Translations under genes and position numbers: made by a program | Shown here: piece after piece, positions 63,217 to 64,000 of the stretch | Layout: each line of letters starts with the position of its first letter | Position numbering within the stretch: position 1 is the first letter of the stretch | The notes under the pieces: generated by a model | What the model was told of the DNA's origin: nothing | The model's database searches: none | The model's input: only the letters and a program-made list of their open reading frames with translations | NCBI RefSeq assembly: GCF_964355755.1 | Contig: NC_092672.1 | Span: 28,650,437 to 28,714,436, forward strand | Origin: Antedon mediterranea | Taxonomy: Eukaryota > Animalia > Echinodermata | Direction: 5' to 3' | Length of the DNA: 64,000 bases

Positions 63217-63230
63217 GTCGAGGGTCACCA
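63217..63230 (-). promoter_or_regulatory. Primer binding site TGGTGACCCTCGAC, tRNA-Trp type
   Basis: One nt downstream of the 5' LTR; matches the tRNA-Trp PBS TGGTGACCCCGAC with one extra T. Confidence 0.8.
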
Positions 63231-63231
63231 C

Positions 63232-63669
63232 TTTAGTAATTGTCGGCGCAACGGTAAAATAAAACAACTACTAAATGTATACAGTAAACTATGCAATTTA
63301 TTCCAAGTGAATCAAGTGAGGATTCTCAATAAATAGATAAAATATACAATATACAATGTTTGATAAGACAGAGCAATAAACGGTGTAGCTAAGATGCTGG
63401 TTGAGAAAAGAGTGTGTTAATAATGTGGTCAGTGCATGGTAATATTGGGCTTGGCCCACCTCATCTGACCAATTAGGATTAAGAGAATTAATGTGGTTTT
63501 CTGTTAGAGTCATTAACATTCTTAAAATCCATTAGCTAGAAAAGTGAAGGTAACAGGAAGGTAACCTGTCAATGTGAGGTTAAATAAAGAGATATATAGA
63601 GGATGTATAAATAATCAAATTAAAAGCAAATGTTGAATTGTTTAAAAGCTATGTGGTAGGTCTGCTACA
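63232..63669 (-). repeat. 5' LTR (438 bp)
   Basis: Direct repeat of 58655-59092; minus strand begins TGTAGC and ends ACTAAA. Confidence 0.97.
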
Positions 63670-63774
63670 GTACAATGAGCTCCTAACAGCTCATTCCCTT
63701 ACGTTCAGAATGAACAAGGGACTCACATTTAACTTTAATTGTTAAATACGTATGTTGACTTTGTGTGGACACCT

Positions 63775-63980
63775 TCTTAGTCTAGACTCTGATATCCCAG
63801 CTCAAAGAGCTGTATACGAAACAGACACTGAGAAGAGTCAAAAGACCAAAGGGACGACCCATGGATTAAAAGGATAGAAAATGAAAAAAACAGTCTATGC
63901 ACACTTAATCTCTCTGATTGGAGAAGTCTTGTTAAGTGCGCTATGTCGCAAGACGTTCAGCGTCCGTGATAATAATGTTT
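63775..63980 (+). mobile_element. Degenerate RTE-like LINE 3' fragment
   Basis: Frameshifted PAQRAVYE..LRRVKRPKGRP..WIKRIEN..DWRSLVKCAMS followed by a (TAA)n tail. Confidence 0.6.
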
Positions 63981-64000
63981 ACGATCCCGAACTATCACAG

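Larger units (their letters stand above)
58655..63669 (-). mobile_element. Full-length Ty3/Gypsy LTR retrotransposon (5015 bp), no env
   Basis: Two 438-bp LTRs, GTAC TSD (58651-58654, 63670-63673), PBS, PPT, intact gag and pol in PR-RT-RH-IN order. Confidence 0.98.
58475..63735 (+). mobile_element. tRNA-derived SINE (~240 bp: 58475-58654 plus 63674-63735) split by the Gypsy insertion
   Basis: Cloverleaf-like head 58475-58550 (A box TAGCCGAGTGG, GTC loop, B box GGTTCAATTCC, stem GGAGTTG/CAACTTC), body gtccactcagctgtaaatgagtacct, tail tttaacttt, probable TSD AATTGTTAAA on both sides. Confidence 0.8.

Overview
AT-rich eukaryotic (animal, probably marine invertebrate) genomic DNA with GT-AG introns, not a prokaryotic locus. 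It is dominated by one large + strand gene, a fibrocystin-L (PKHD1L1-like) receptor. I assembled it by hand into 53 phase-compatible exons (5918..~58000, about 4,400 aa): signal peptide, IPT/TIG repeats, PA14, cupredoxin-like region, two G8 domains, beta-helix repeats, SEA-like regions and a TM helix. Upstream is a dead Academ-like DNA transposon that contains a 30-bp minisatellite expanded from its own transposase coding motif, plus a nested LINE fragment and a further nested TIR element. The introns hold a Kolobok-like element, a Helentron-type element carrying a spliced antisense gene fragment, several MITEs, tandem duplications and a long LINE RT ORF. Just after the TM exon, an apparently intact and very recent Ty3/Gypsy LTR retrotransposon sits antisense inside a tRNA-derived SINE. 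It has identical 438-bp LTRs with non-canonical TG...AA termini, a GTAC TSD, a Trp-type PBS and a -1 gag-pol frameshift. I see no unambiguous new biological system. The best leads are the triple-cleavage architecture of the receptor, the TG...AA retroelement, the captured gene in the Helentron-like element and an inverted repeat pair flanking exons 2-8. All family assignments are from motif recognition by eye; no searches were run.
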